From Bdellovibrionota bacterium (GTDB lineage: Bacteria; Bdellovibrionota_C; UBA2361; CAKMMH01): a stretch of DNA of 64,000 bases. The position numbers and the translations under genes were made by a program. The notes beneath the pieces are model-generated. The model was given only the letters and a program-made list of their open reading frames with translations, had not been told where the DNA came from and made no database searches. Position 1 is the stretch's first letter, and each line of letters opens with the position of its first letter. The DNA lies in assembly GCA_050952645.1 (NCBI GenBank), contig JBMNLI010000015.1:1-64000 (forward strand). The letters are read 5' to 3'. Shown in pieces: positions 1 to 8,013 of this stretch.

Positions 1-114
1 TTTTAGTAGTTAGCTTACTTGTAGAACTCTTTATGAGTTAATGAAAATTATAAGTTAATAAAAATTATGAGTTAATAAAAAGTTAATAATGGTTTTTAAA
101 AAGGAGATACGATT

Positions 115-2250
115 ATGGCTAAAGATAATAATTTCACATTTGTAAAATGTCCATCGTGCAGTAGTTTAGTGCCTGCATTGTCGACTAGATGTAGAATGTG
201 TGGTGCAGATATTCAAGCACAAGATAGCAATGAGAACTCTGAGCCTAAAAAGCCGAGAACATCGAGAGTTAGGCAAAAAACTATGACTATTTCAGAAGAA
301 AAGAAAGATAGCTTTTTAGAAGAGATGGGAGTAAAGAAAGATACGCAAAGTTTTGAAGATGATAACGTAAATCCTCTCTCATATGAAGAAGAAAATTTTG
401 AAGAAAACGAATTAAGTGTAAATGAGCTAGATGTAAATGATCCACTCTCTTCATTTATAGATACCGCTACCGATGAAGAAGACATATTTATTAACGTTCC
501 AAGTGAAAGAGAGCCTCACGTTGAAGAATATTTTGGTGAGCCTATAATTGATGAGCCTATAAGTAGTGAAAATATAAATAAGTCAGATGGTGATGAAGAT
601 TATGAAGCTCCTTTTACTGAGCTTGAACCCGTAAATGAGATTGATAATAAAATGGATAATAAAGAAGATATAAGCGAAGATCTGTTTTCAGATTTAGTAG
701 ATGATATTTTTAGTGAAGACTTAGACTTTGATGATATCTTAGAAGAGGCCGATAAGGCATCGAAAGAACCTATTGGTGATCTAGAGTTATTGTTAAATGA
801 AGATGTAGAGCATGAGGCATTTGAAAAAATAGAAGAATCGCTACCTGAAAAAGATAGTAAAGAAAGCTATGAGAAAAGAGCTAAAGATAATATAAAAAGA
901 GAAATAAACAAAGAAATAAATAGAGAAACGAGAAAAGAAACGAGAGAAAATAAAAAGTTTTCAAATAGTGAAGATTTTTTAAGAGATATTTTTGATGAGG
1001 ACTCGGTAGAAGATAATATCGATAAAGACGACTACTTTGATGTAAGATCTAAAAGAGAAGATAATGCTCACTCAAAAAATAAATATTTTACTAAATCAAA
1101 CGATAAATTCGACGATGAATTTGTTGATGCTACAAAGGCGTTAAATATTAAAGATGATGGGAAAGATATGGATAAAGAAACTAAAGAAAATATAGCGAAT
1201 GCTAAAAGCAATGATAATTTAAAAGCTAATCAAAGAGATAATCAAAGAGACAATCAAAAAGCCGATGAAAAAAATATTGATAAGCTTACAAGAGAAGAAG
1301 AGAGAAGAAGGAAAAATAACGAAAGAAATAAAGAAAGAAAAAGAAAAAAGAAGTTGCGTTTAGCTAATGAAAGGAATGAAGAGAATAAAAATAGGGATAA
1401 TGAAAAAACTCAAAAAGCTACTCAGGAAATAAGTGTAGTTCCTGAGGTTAAAGAAACTTTTGAAAAACAAAAAAGTTTTAATTTAGCTAAAGGAGAGAAG
1501 AAAAACATTAAGCTTAATTTTGGCTCAAAACCTCAAGATAAAAAAGAAGATTATAAGGAAGATTATAAAGAAGATAAAAAAGATAGTATAAGAAAAGATA
1601 AGCCACTAGATGCACAAAAAGAATTAGCAAAAGACTCGCAAAAAGAGAAGCAAAAAGAAGAGCAAAAAGATTCGCAAAAAGAGAAGTTTGAGATAAAAAA
1701 AGAAGATGGAAATGTAAAATCAAAAGCTTTTCAAAGCGAAGATAAAGTCACTAAAAACATTACTGAAAACATTGCTGAAAATAATGTGAAAGAAGATAAT
1801 GCTGAAAATAAAATAGAAATTAAGCTAGAAAAAGTAAAAAAAGATAGCTTTTTAGATATACCAGAGCTAACTAAACCCGTTAAGGAGCTAGTCGATATTA
1901 AAAAGGCTAGTAAAGAAAGGCTTATAGGTTGGATAGTATCGTTTAAGAATCCTTTCGGCGAGGCATATGAGTTAAGAGAAGGAAAGCTTTTCGTAACTAA
2001 TAGCAAGCTTAAGGATAACGATTTTATTATAAAAGATGATTCAATCTCAACGCCTCACGCTTTAATTTCAATCTCTAAAAACGGTGTAAGTATCCAAGAT
2101 TTAATGAGCGATACGGGCGTTTATGTTAAGCATAGCAAAGAAGATAAATATGTAAAACAGGAAATGCCTTTTAAAGTTCAGCATGGGGATTGGATAAAAT
2201 TTGGAGACGTTGAATATTTAATCTCTTTATTAACGTATGTTGGAGAGTAG
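115..2250 (+). CDS. Zinc-ribbon / long charged low-complexity linker / C-terminal FHA-like domain protein, first gene of the T3SS-like operon
   Basis: N-terminal CPSC...CRMC; acidic then Lys/Glu-rich middle; C-terminal GWIVSF..YELREG..SISTPHALI..IQDLMSDTGVYV..HGDWIKFG fits the FHA pattern; RBS aggag upstream. Confidence 0.75.
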   Translation: MAKDNNFTFVKCPSCSSLVPALSTRCRMCGADIQAQDSNENSEPKKPRTSRVRQKTMTISEEKKDSFLEEMGVKKDTQSFEDDNVNPLSYEEENFEENELSVNELDVNDPLSSFIDTATDEEDIFINVPSEREPHVEEYFGEPIIDEPISSENINKSDGDEDYEAPFTELEPVNEIDNKMDNKEDISEDLFSDLVDDIFSEDLDFDDILEEADKASKEPIGDLELLLNEDVEHEAFEKIEESLPEKDSKESYEKRAKDNIKREINKEINRETRKETRENKKFSNSEDFLRDIFDEDSVEDNIDKDDYFDVRSKREDNAHSKNKYFTKSNDKFDDEFVDATKALNIKDDGKDMDKETKENIANAKSNDNLKANQRDNQRDNQKADEKNIDKLTREEERRRKNNERNKERKRKKKLRLANERNEENKNRDNEKTQKATQEISVVPEVKETFEKQKSFNLAKGEKKNIKLNFGSKPQDKKEDYKEDYKEDKKDSIRKDKPLDAQKELAKDSQKEKQKEEQKDSQKEKFEIKKEDGNVKSKAFQSEDKVTKNITENIAENNVKEDNAENKIEIKLEKVKKDSFLDIPELTKPVKELVDIKKASKERLIGWIVSFKNPFGEAYELREGKLFVTNSKLKDNDFIIKDDSISTPHALISISKNGVSIQDLMSDTGVYVKHSKEDKYVKQEMPFKVQHGDWIKFGDVEYLISLLTYVGE

Positions 2251-2252
2251 GT

Positions 2253-3125
2253 TTGAAATTACTTAAATTTATTATAACAATATTTTTTGTTTTTACTTTA
2301 TGCGGTTGTAGTAAGGAAATCGTCGCAAGGGGAATAGACCAAAAACAAGCGAATGAAATAGTTTCTATTTTTGCGAAATCAAATATTACTTCAAAAGTAG
2401 TAGATGACCCTAATGCAAAAAAACTATTAATGGTACAAGTTAGTAAAAAAGATTATAAAGCTGCTACTACAATATTAACTTTAAAAGGATTGCCTAGAGA
2501 TAAATCGGCAAACTTCTCTGAGATGATATCTAGACAAGGGATTTTGCCTGATTCAAAAAGGATAGAAGACCTTAGACTAGATAAAGCTTTAGCTTTAGAG
2601 ATAGAGGATAATTTATCTAAAATGCAAGAGTTTGCAAATGTTAGCGTAGTAGTAAGAAAGGAATATTTAAAGGACGATAAAGCGCCACTTGCTTCTATTT
2701 TAGTAATAAAAAAACCACACGTAGGTTTTTTTGATGAGAGAAAAATATTGAATATCGTAAAGACCGTTATTCCTGAAATAAAAGATGAGAATATAAAAAT
2801 TATAGTCGATACTGAAACGGTTCCTCCACACTTAAGCAACCAGTATGGTAGCATTTCAAAAGAAAAGGGAGAGCAAAAGCTAGTAAGATTAAATAAATTT
2901 TTAGGAAAATTTAGAATTGCTAGCGATGATTATAAGCAATTTAATATATTTTTAGCTATTATAGTTTTAGCTTCCTTATTGGTAGGATTTTTAGGTTCTC
3001 TTTTTTATATTAAATTAAAAAATATAAGGAAAGAGAAATCAAAAATAGTTGAGATATCTTCAAAAGATTTGCTAAAGGAAGCATCTTTTGAAAAAAGAGT
3101 AGTAAAAAAGGGAAATAATAAATAA
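2253..3125 (+). CDS. sctJ: Type III secretion inner-membrane ring lipoprotein, SctJ/YscJ/PrgK family
   Basis: Lipobox LCGC; GIDQKQANEIV, GLPR, GILP, ALALEIE motifs; C-terminal TM helix plus basic tail. Confidence 0.85.
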   Translation: MKLLKFIITIFFVFTLCGCSKEIVARGIDQKQANEIVSIFAKSNITSKVVDDPNAKKLLMVQVSKKDYKAATTILTLKGLPRDKSANFSEMISRQGILPDSKRIEDLRLDKALALEIEDNLSKMQEFANVSVVVRKEYLKDDKAPLASILVIKKPHVGFFDERKILNIVKTVIPEIKDENIKIIVDTETVPPHLSNQYGSISKEKGEQKLVRLNKFLGKFRIASDDYKQFNIFLAIIVLASLLVGFLGSLFYIKLKNIRKEKSKIVEISSKDLLKEASFEKRVVKKGNNK

Positions 3126-3343
3126 TGAAATTAGAAGATTTTCAAAATATGCCAGCATACGACAAAGCTTTAATTTGCAGTGCCGTTTTATTAGATGGCG
3201 AAAAGGCGGTTGCTTTTTTACAACTCGATGCTAAAAATGGGGCTAAATACGTTGAAGCATTAGAGATTTTTATTCGTATGCAAGAAGATATGAGATGCTC
3301 ATTAGCTGCTACTATTTTAAGGGATGCTCTAAATGACTTATAA
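3125..3343 (+). CDS. Small protein, weakly FliG-N-like
   Basis: Translationally coupled to sctJ; KALICSAVLLDGEKAVAFL loosely resembles the FliG N-terminal helices. Confidence 0.4.
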   Translation: MKLEDFQNMPAYDKALICSAVLLDGEKAVAFLQLDAKNGAKYVEALEIFIRMQEDMRCSLAATILRDALNDL

Positions 3344-3683
3344 TAAAGATTACTATGATGATGAGGAGATAATATCTCTTAAATCATATATAGAGAAAAT
3401 TAAAAAAGAAATTATAGAAAGACAAGATATCGTAAAGAAAAGCAAGGAAGAACTAGATGATTTATATGATAGTATGCAAAGTTTAGGAAGTGTATTTAAG
3501 AGAGCAGAAGAGGCGGTAAATTATAGTTTAAGAATACAAGAAAAGAATGTATTAAAAAAACAGATAGATATAAAAAGAAAAAATATAACTGAGCAAGAAA
3601 AAGATTTACAAAAAGCTAAAGAATTATTAAGTATAACGCAAAAAGAATTAGAAGAGCTAATAAAAGAGAGAATGATACAATGA
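3333..3683 (+). CDS. Coiled-coil protein, possible SctO/FliJ stalk
   Basis: 116 aa, entirely helical/coiled-coil composition, located within the T3SS-like operon. Confidence 0.45.
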   Translation: MTYNKDYYDDEEIISLKSYIEKIKKEIIERQDIVKKSKEELDDLYDSMQSLGSVFKRAEEAVNYSLRIQEKNVLKKQIDIKRKNITEQEKDLQKAKELLSITQKELEELIKERMIQ

Positions 3684-4699
3684 ACAGAGCTTCAAACGAT
3701 AACAACTGGGCTTTATGGTCGCCACTAGATGAATTATCTCAAGTGTCAACTAAAGAGATAATTTATTCAAAGGGATTTTTGCAATCGAACCCTGCGACGC
3801 TTTTTCCCTCATTTTCATCATTTTGGCAAAGTTTCTTTGAAAACTATTCGTTTGATATAGCTTTAGTCGATATAAAAAAATCACTAACCGTTCCAGATAA
3901 TATTTCACACTTATATAAAGGTATGATAGATAGAGAGCATATTTATGTAGGTTATGAAGATGATGAGTTTTCATATTTAGGAAACATAGTTATTCCAGCA
4001 GGAGATGAAAAAATTATTGAAATCATTATGGAGTATATGACTAGAAGGTTATTAGCTTCACTTTCTTTTTCTTGGACTGCTTCCGAAAATTCTATAATAT
4101 ATTTTGATGGCAAAACTAAGGAAAGTCCGAAATCTGAAGCTACAATCGTGCTTGATTTAAAAGTATCTGGCAAAAGAGTTAATGTTTATATAATGTGTCC
4201 ATATACGATAGTTAACACTATAGATAAATTATGGAAAGGACAAATTCAAGCCTCGTCGAAATATAGAGAGGTCTCAGAGGTATCTTTAGGTATTCAAATA
4301 GCAGAACTTGCCGTTTCTCCTGCTATGCTTAATGATTATTTAAGTAGTGGTGTAAGAGTGGGGTTAGAAAAGATAGTAAATGATAATGTTTATATAACTA
4401 AGGATAATAAGAAATTTTTAAAAGGACGATTAGTTCGTTCTAGTGATAGATTCGTTGTTGAAATTCTAGGTGGTATAGATACCGTAGCTGAAGCTTTAGA
4501 AGGAATGGTAAATATTTCAATACAACTTGGAAGTGTGCTAGTTCCTGGGTATGTAGTATCTGAGATATCTCAAAAAAATGTTTTATGGGATACGGGTTTA
4601 GAGATTACTAATGAAGTGGAAGTTTATGCAGATAATAAACTTTCTGCACATGCCGTATTGGCTTCTTATGATAAACAATTTGCAATAGAGGTGAAATAG
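3680..4699 (+). CDS. sctQ: SctQ/FliM-FliN-like sorting-platform protein with degenerate SpoA domains
   Basis: Directly upstream of sctR; two SpoA-like segments (GRLVRSSDRFVVEI; AVLASYDKQFAIEV). Confidence 0.6.
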   Translation: MNRASNDNNWALWSPLDELSQVSTKEIIYSKGFLQSNPATLFPSFSSFWQSFFENYSFDIALVDIKKSLTVPDNISHLYKGMIDREHIYVGYEDDEFSYLGNIVIPAGDEKIIEIIMEYMTRRLLASLSFSWTASENSIIYFDGKTKESPKSEATIVLDLKVSGKRVNVYIMCPYTIVNTIDKLWKGQIQASSKYREVSEVSLGIQIAELAVSPAMLNDYLSSGVRVGLEKIVNDNVYITKDNKKFLKGRLVRSSDRFVVEILGGIDTVAEALEGMVNISIQLGSVLVPGYVVSEISQKNVLWDTGLEITNEVEVYADNKLSAHAVLASYDKQFAIEVK

Positions 4700-4702
4700 T
4701 GT

Positions 4703-5419
4703 ATGAATGAGGGTATTATCTTATGTCTATCGATGCTACTTTTAACATCTTTTGTAAGGGTGTTTACCTCTCTTAGTATTTTAAGATATGGTTTAGGTCT
4801 ATATTCTTCAAGTTTTTCTCTTATCATATTTTTACTTTCAATAGCAATGAGTTTTTATATTGCATCGCCTTATATAGAAAAAGCTGGTGGTATATCAAAT
4901 GTAAATAATAATGTAAATAATTATGAAACGATGCAAGAAGAATTTAAACCGTTTATGGAAAAAAATGTAGATAAGGAGTTGTATAATAATTTTAAAAGTA
5001 AACTTAATAAAGTTATCTCTAATGGTGATATAAAAAACAAGCAAGCAAATACAAATGAAGGCAATCAAGAAAACAATCAAGAAAACAATCAAGAAAACAG
5101 GCAAGAAAACATGCAATTAAACGAACAAATAAACGCTAATGAGTCTTTAAAGGGGTTAAATAAGATAAGTAAAAAACAGGAGCTAGATTTACTAACATTT
5201 ACATTCGTTGTTTCGGAACTTAAAGATGCTCTAAAATATGGCGTTATGATTTTAATACCTTTTTTAATAATAGATTTAATAGTGATGAATATTTTTATGT
5301 CGTTAGGTATAAAAGATTTTTCTTATCTTATAGCTTCGCTTCCTATAAAGTTAGGAGTGTTTGTAGCTAGTGACGGACTTAGAATTATAAGTGAAAAGTT
5401 AATTTATTATTACATTTAA
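4703..5419 (+). CDS. sctR: Export gate protein SctR/FliP, divergent
   Basis: LTSFVRVFTSLSILRYGLG and SELKDA..IPFLIIDLIV..SLPIKLGVFVASDG match FliP/SctR signatures. Confidence 0.85.
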   Translation: MNEGIILCLSMLLLTSFVRVFTSLSILRYGLGLYSSSFSLIIFLLSIAMSFYIASPYIEKAGGISNVNNNVNNYETMQEEFKPFMEKNVDKELYNNFKSKLNKVISNGDIKNKQANTNEGNQENNQENNQENRQENMQLNEQINANESLKGLNKISKKQELDLLTFTFVVSELKDALKYGVMILIPFLIIDLIVMNIFMSLGIKDFSYLIASLPIKLGVFVASDGLRIISEKLIYYYI

Positions 5420-5424
5420 ATATT

Positions 5425-5673
5425 ATGTATATTTTTGAAAATTATGAGTTATTAAACATATTATATAAAGTATGCATATATATTATGCTACCTATTATAG
5501 CTTCAATGTTTATTGTTAGCCTGCTTTCTAGTGCTTTACAAAGTGTAATCGCTGTAAAAGATGAAACGATATCGTATTTATTAAAAATTATCGTTATGAT
5601 AGTGCTTTTATATTTTCTTTATCCGATAGCAAAAGAAATTTTAGTTGAACTTTTAGAGGTTTCGTTAAAATGA
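5425..5673 (+). CDS. sctS: Export gate protein SctS/FliQ
   Basis: 82 aa hydrophobic hairpin; LPII..SLL..LQSV..DETISYLLKI resembles the FliQ motif; follows sctR. Confidence 0.75.
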   Translation: MYIFENYELLNILYKVCIYIMLPIIASMFIVSLLSSALQSVIAVKDETISYLLKIIVMIVLLYFLYPIAKEILVELLEVSLK

Positions 5674-6236
5674 TTAGTGTAATAAAAAGTTCATATAAAA
5701 CATCCGTGTTTTTTTTAATCTTTTCGCTTATAGCTTTATTAAGCATGGCTAGCATTAATTTACTGCTTACTTTTAATTTTAATGTTTTGCAAATATCATT
5801 TTTTATAGTTAGCATTATTAGTGTTATTTTTTCCATATTTTTTCTTTGTGAAGTTTTAGAAAATAATTTTTTTATAGAGCATAATGCAAATCTGTTTAGT
5901 ATTTTTTGTGTAGTATGTGCAAGCTATTTTATGTTAGATGAGAAATTCTTAAGTAGCTTGTTAATTTATTTTGTTAGCAGGGCATCGCTAATAAATTATT
6001 TAATGTTATATTTGGCTTTTTTATCTCATATAATAGGTGCTATATTTACAGTAATTGTGAGCTTGTCGTTTTTACTCTATGCTCTAGAGCTGATTTTATC
6101 TAGCATAGTTTCATTTACTTCTTTTAAGAAAGTTTCTTTTTCATTTGTAAAGCAAGTGTCTATTATTTTTATAATTGCTTTGTCCTTTAAGTCTATTCTT
6201 TCGTTAATTTTAAGGGAGGTTGTAGGAAAATGGTAA
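5670..6236 (+). CDS. Degenerate SctT/FliR-like membrane protein
   Basis: Very hydrophobic, 188 aa, in the canonical R-S-T-U position; only weak C-terminal similarity. Confidence 0.5.
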   Translation: MISVIKSSYKTSVFFLIFSLIALLSMASINLLLTFNFNVLQISFFIVSIISVIFSIFFLCEVLENNFFIEHNANLFSIFCVVCASYFMLDEKFLSSLLIYFVSRASLINYLMLYLAFLSHIIGAIFTVIVSLSFLLYALELILSSIVSFTSFKKVSFSFVKQVSIIFIIALSFKSILSLILREVVGKW

Positions 6237-6838
6237 AAGAGTTTTTCCCAACAAAAGAGAGAGTAGATGAGTTAAGAAGCGCTGGGGTTTTTGCGTATTC
6301 TACAACTACTATAAGATTTTTAGTTTTTGCTTTATTTTTAATTTTATTATTTGTTTTTAAAAAAGATGTAAGTTCTTTTTTTAAAATAGCGCAAAGTTTT
6401 TTTAATAATGATGCAGTATCATTAAAAGGGGTAATAAAAATTTTTTTAATATTTAACATTAGTATTTTAATTTTTATTATTTCTTTAATATTGCTTCATA
6501 GTAGGTTTTCTTTTGATTTTAAGAATTTTTTAGGATTTCGTTTAACTACTAATGAGAATAATAAGGAAAGGAATATAGTTTTTGCTATATTATACTCTTT
6601 AAGTGTGATAGCTTATTTGTTTTTAGTGTATATTTTCTCTATGGAGTTTTTAAGTTTATTAAATAATAATTATAGCGATATTTTGCCACTAATATTTAAT
6701 AATATAGATAAGGGAATGTTAATTATTTCTTGTTTATTCGTTTTTTTAGGGGTATTGTCATTTTTATTTAGTAATTTTTCCTTTTTAAATAAGCATAAAA
6801 TGTCGATACAAGATATAGAAGCTGAGAAAAATGATTAA
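6230..6838 (+). CDS. sctU: SctU/FlhB N-terminal membrane domain only
   Basis: FPTKERVDELRSAGVFAYS resembles PTxKK..AR..G.V..S; ends at KMSIQDIEAE (the KMS..E.K.E linker); no NPTH domain. Confidence 0.7.
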   Translation: MVKEFFPTKERVDELRSAGVFAYSTTTIRFLVFALFLILLFVFKKDVSSFFKIAQSFFNNDAVSLKGVIKIFLIFNISILIFIISLILLHSRFSFDFKNFLGFRLTTNENNKERNIVFAILYSLSVIAYLFLVYIFSMEFLSLLNNNYSDILPLIFNNIDKGMLIISCLFVFLGVLSFLFSNFSFLNKHKMSIQDIEAEKND

Positions 6839-6855
6839 AATATTTAAGGATATTT

Positions 6856-7092
6856 ATGGGAAGTGAGATAAAAGAGAACAAGACGCTTTTTAAGCCAGAT
6901 ATATTTAACAAGGCACCGCTTATGGTGCTTATGCCTAAGATGGGTAATTTAGCAGGTCTAGAGGTTTTATACAATTCTTTTTTTGCTAGGTATGATGTTT
7001 TAAAGAAAGAAAGAGAAAAAACGCAAAAATTTATAGATGATGGTGAAGAAAAGATGTTAAGAACGATTATCTCTTGGATTTCGGGTGAATAA
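6856..7092 (+). CDS. Hypothetical protein in the T3SS-like operon
   Basis: 78 aa ORF with RBS aagga, closely spaced between neighbours. Confidence 0.6.
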   Translation: MGSEIKENKTLFKPDIFNKAPLMVLMPKMGNLAGLEVLYNSFFARYDVLKKEREKTQKFIDDGEEKMLRTIISWISGE

Positions 7093-7095
7093 ATT

Positions 7096-7533
7096 ATGAA
7101 GATAGAGGATATAAAAAAGAAATATTTAGATGAAGAGTTAGATGCGATATACTCTTTAGGACTTGCATTTATAGAAAATGGCGACTGTGTAAAAGCGAGA
7201 AATATTTTTGAAGGATTAATAGAGGTTGATAATACGTATCTTCCTGGGATTCAAGGAATGATATATTTAGAGATAGAGGCAAGGGATTTCCAAGATGCTA
7301 TTAAACTATGTCAAAAGGCTTTAGAACTCGAGCCTAACTCTTATGAGGTTATGCTTATGTACGTGTCTTGTTTAATTTCCATAGAAGATTACAGCAAGGC
7401 AGGAACGTATTTAGGTGAAATTTCCGATGCAATCGAAGATAGACTTATAGATGACTATGATATTATTCGTTTTTATAAATCTCAAATAATAAGATACCAG
7501 AATTTAAGCTCTTTGCGTCCAAGGGAGAATTAA
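7096..7533 (+). CDS. TPR protein, SycD/LcrH-like class II T3SS chaperone
   Basis: Acidic 145 aa; LDAIYSLG..GD..KA..IFEGL followed by TPR repeats; last gene of the operon. Confidence 0.65.
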   Translation: MKIEDIKKKYLDEELDAIYSLGLAFIENGDCVKARNIFEGLIEVDNTYLPGIQGMIYLEIEARDFQDAIKLCQKALELEPNSYEVMLMYVSCLISIEDYSKAGTYLGEISDAIEDRLIDDYDIIRFYKSQIIRYQNLSSLRPREN

Positions 7534-7550
7534 AAGGTCTGTTTTAAAAA

Positions 7551-7838
7551 TGGCACCGAATTGGCACTGATATGGCACCGATCTCGATTTTTTGGCACCG
7601 ATATGGCACCGATATGGCACCGATGTTAGAGGCTTTAGTTTTTCGTATTCTTTAGCCTGCACAAATAGCTTTTTTAAGAAGTTATTCCTTTTATATTTCA
7701 ATATGTTATCTCTTTTAAAAATGTATTTTCCAAAGTATTTAGTTTAGGAAAACTTGTGCGATCGCTTCCTAAAATATTTTTAAAATTGCACCGATATTGG
7801 CACCGATGTGGCACCGATATTGATTTTTTGGCACCGAT
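7551..7838 (+). repeat. Ten copies of TGGCACCGA(T) in two clusters with ~11-bp period
   Basis: Copies at 7551, 7562, 7573, 7593, 7604, 7615 and 7786, 7798, 7809, 7829. Confidence 0.9.
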
Positions 7839-7848
7839 CGGCTATAAT
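7820..7848 (+). promoter_or_regulatory. sigma70-type promoter for the AlbA_2 gene
   Basis: TTGATT-17 nt-TATAAT, with one repeat copy inside the spacer. Confidence 0.65.
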
Positions 7849-7859
7849 ATTTCATATTT

Positions 7860-7930
7860 ATGCAAATTTCTTAAAAGTAAGTTTTCTTTTAGGTTTCGTC
7901 GCAAGCGATTTTAATCTTGAAAGCTTAAAC
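7860..7930 (+). repeat. Degenerate partial copy of the MITE-like element
   Basis: atgcaaatttcttaaaagtaagttttctttta resembles 58022 atgcagatttcttaaaagccaattttctttta; tttcgtcg resembles 12068. Confidence 0.4.
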
Positions 7931-8013
7931 GATCTTGAAAACGAGGAGAACTTATTTTATGAGTGTCTTTAGATGATTTTATAAATGAAACTTAGAGAAG
8001 GGAGATATAGTAG

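Noticed and set aside
4703..6838. Flagellar fliPQR-flhB operon
   Set aside because: Linked to an SctJ-type lipoprotein and TPR chaperone, and far more divergent than the well-conserved flg genes; not fully excluded without phylogeny.
7504..7701. 65-aa minus-strand ORF over the repeat array
   Set aside because: The repeat period of 11 is out of frame and the ORF overlaps the TPR gene end; likely spurious.
7551..7838. CRISPR array or sigma54 promoters
   Set aside because: Units are ~11 bp with no unique spacers and no cas genes; TGGCAC is not followed by the -12 TTGC at the required spacing.
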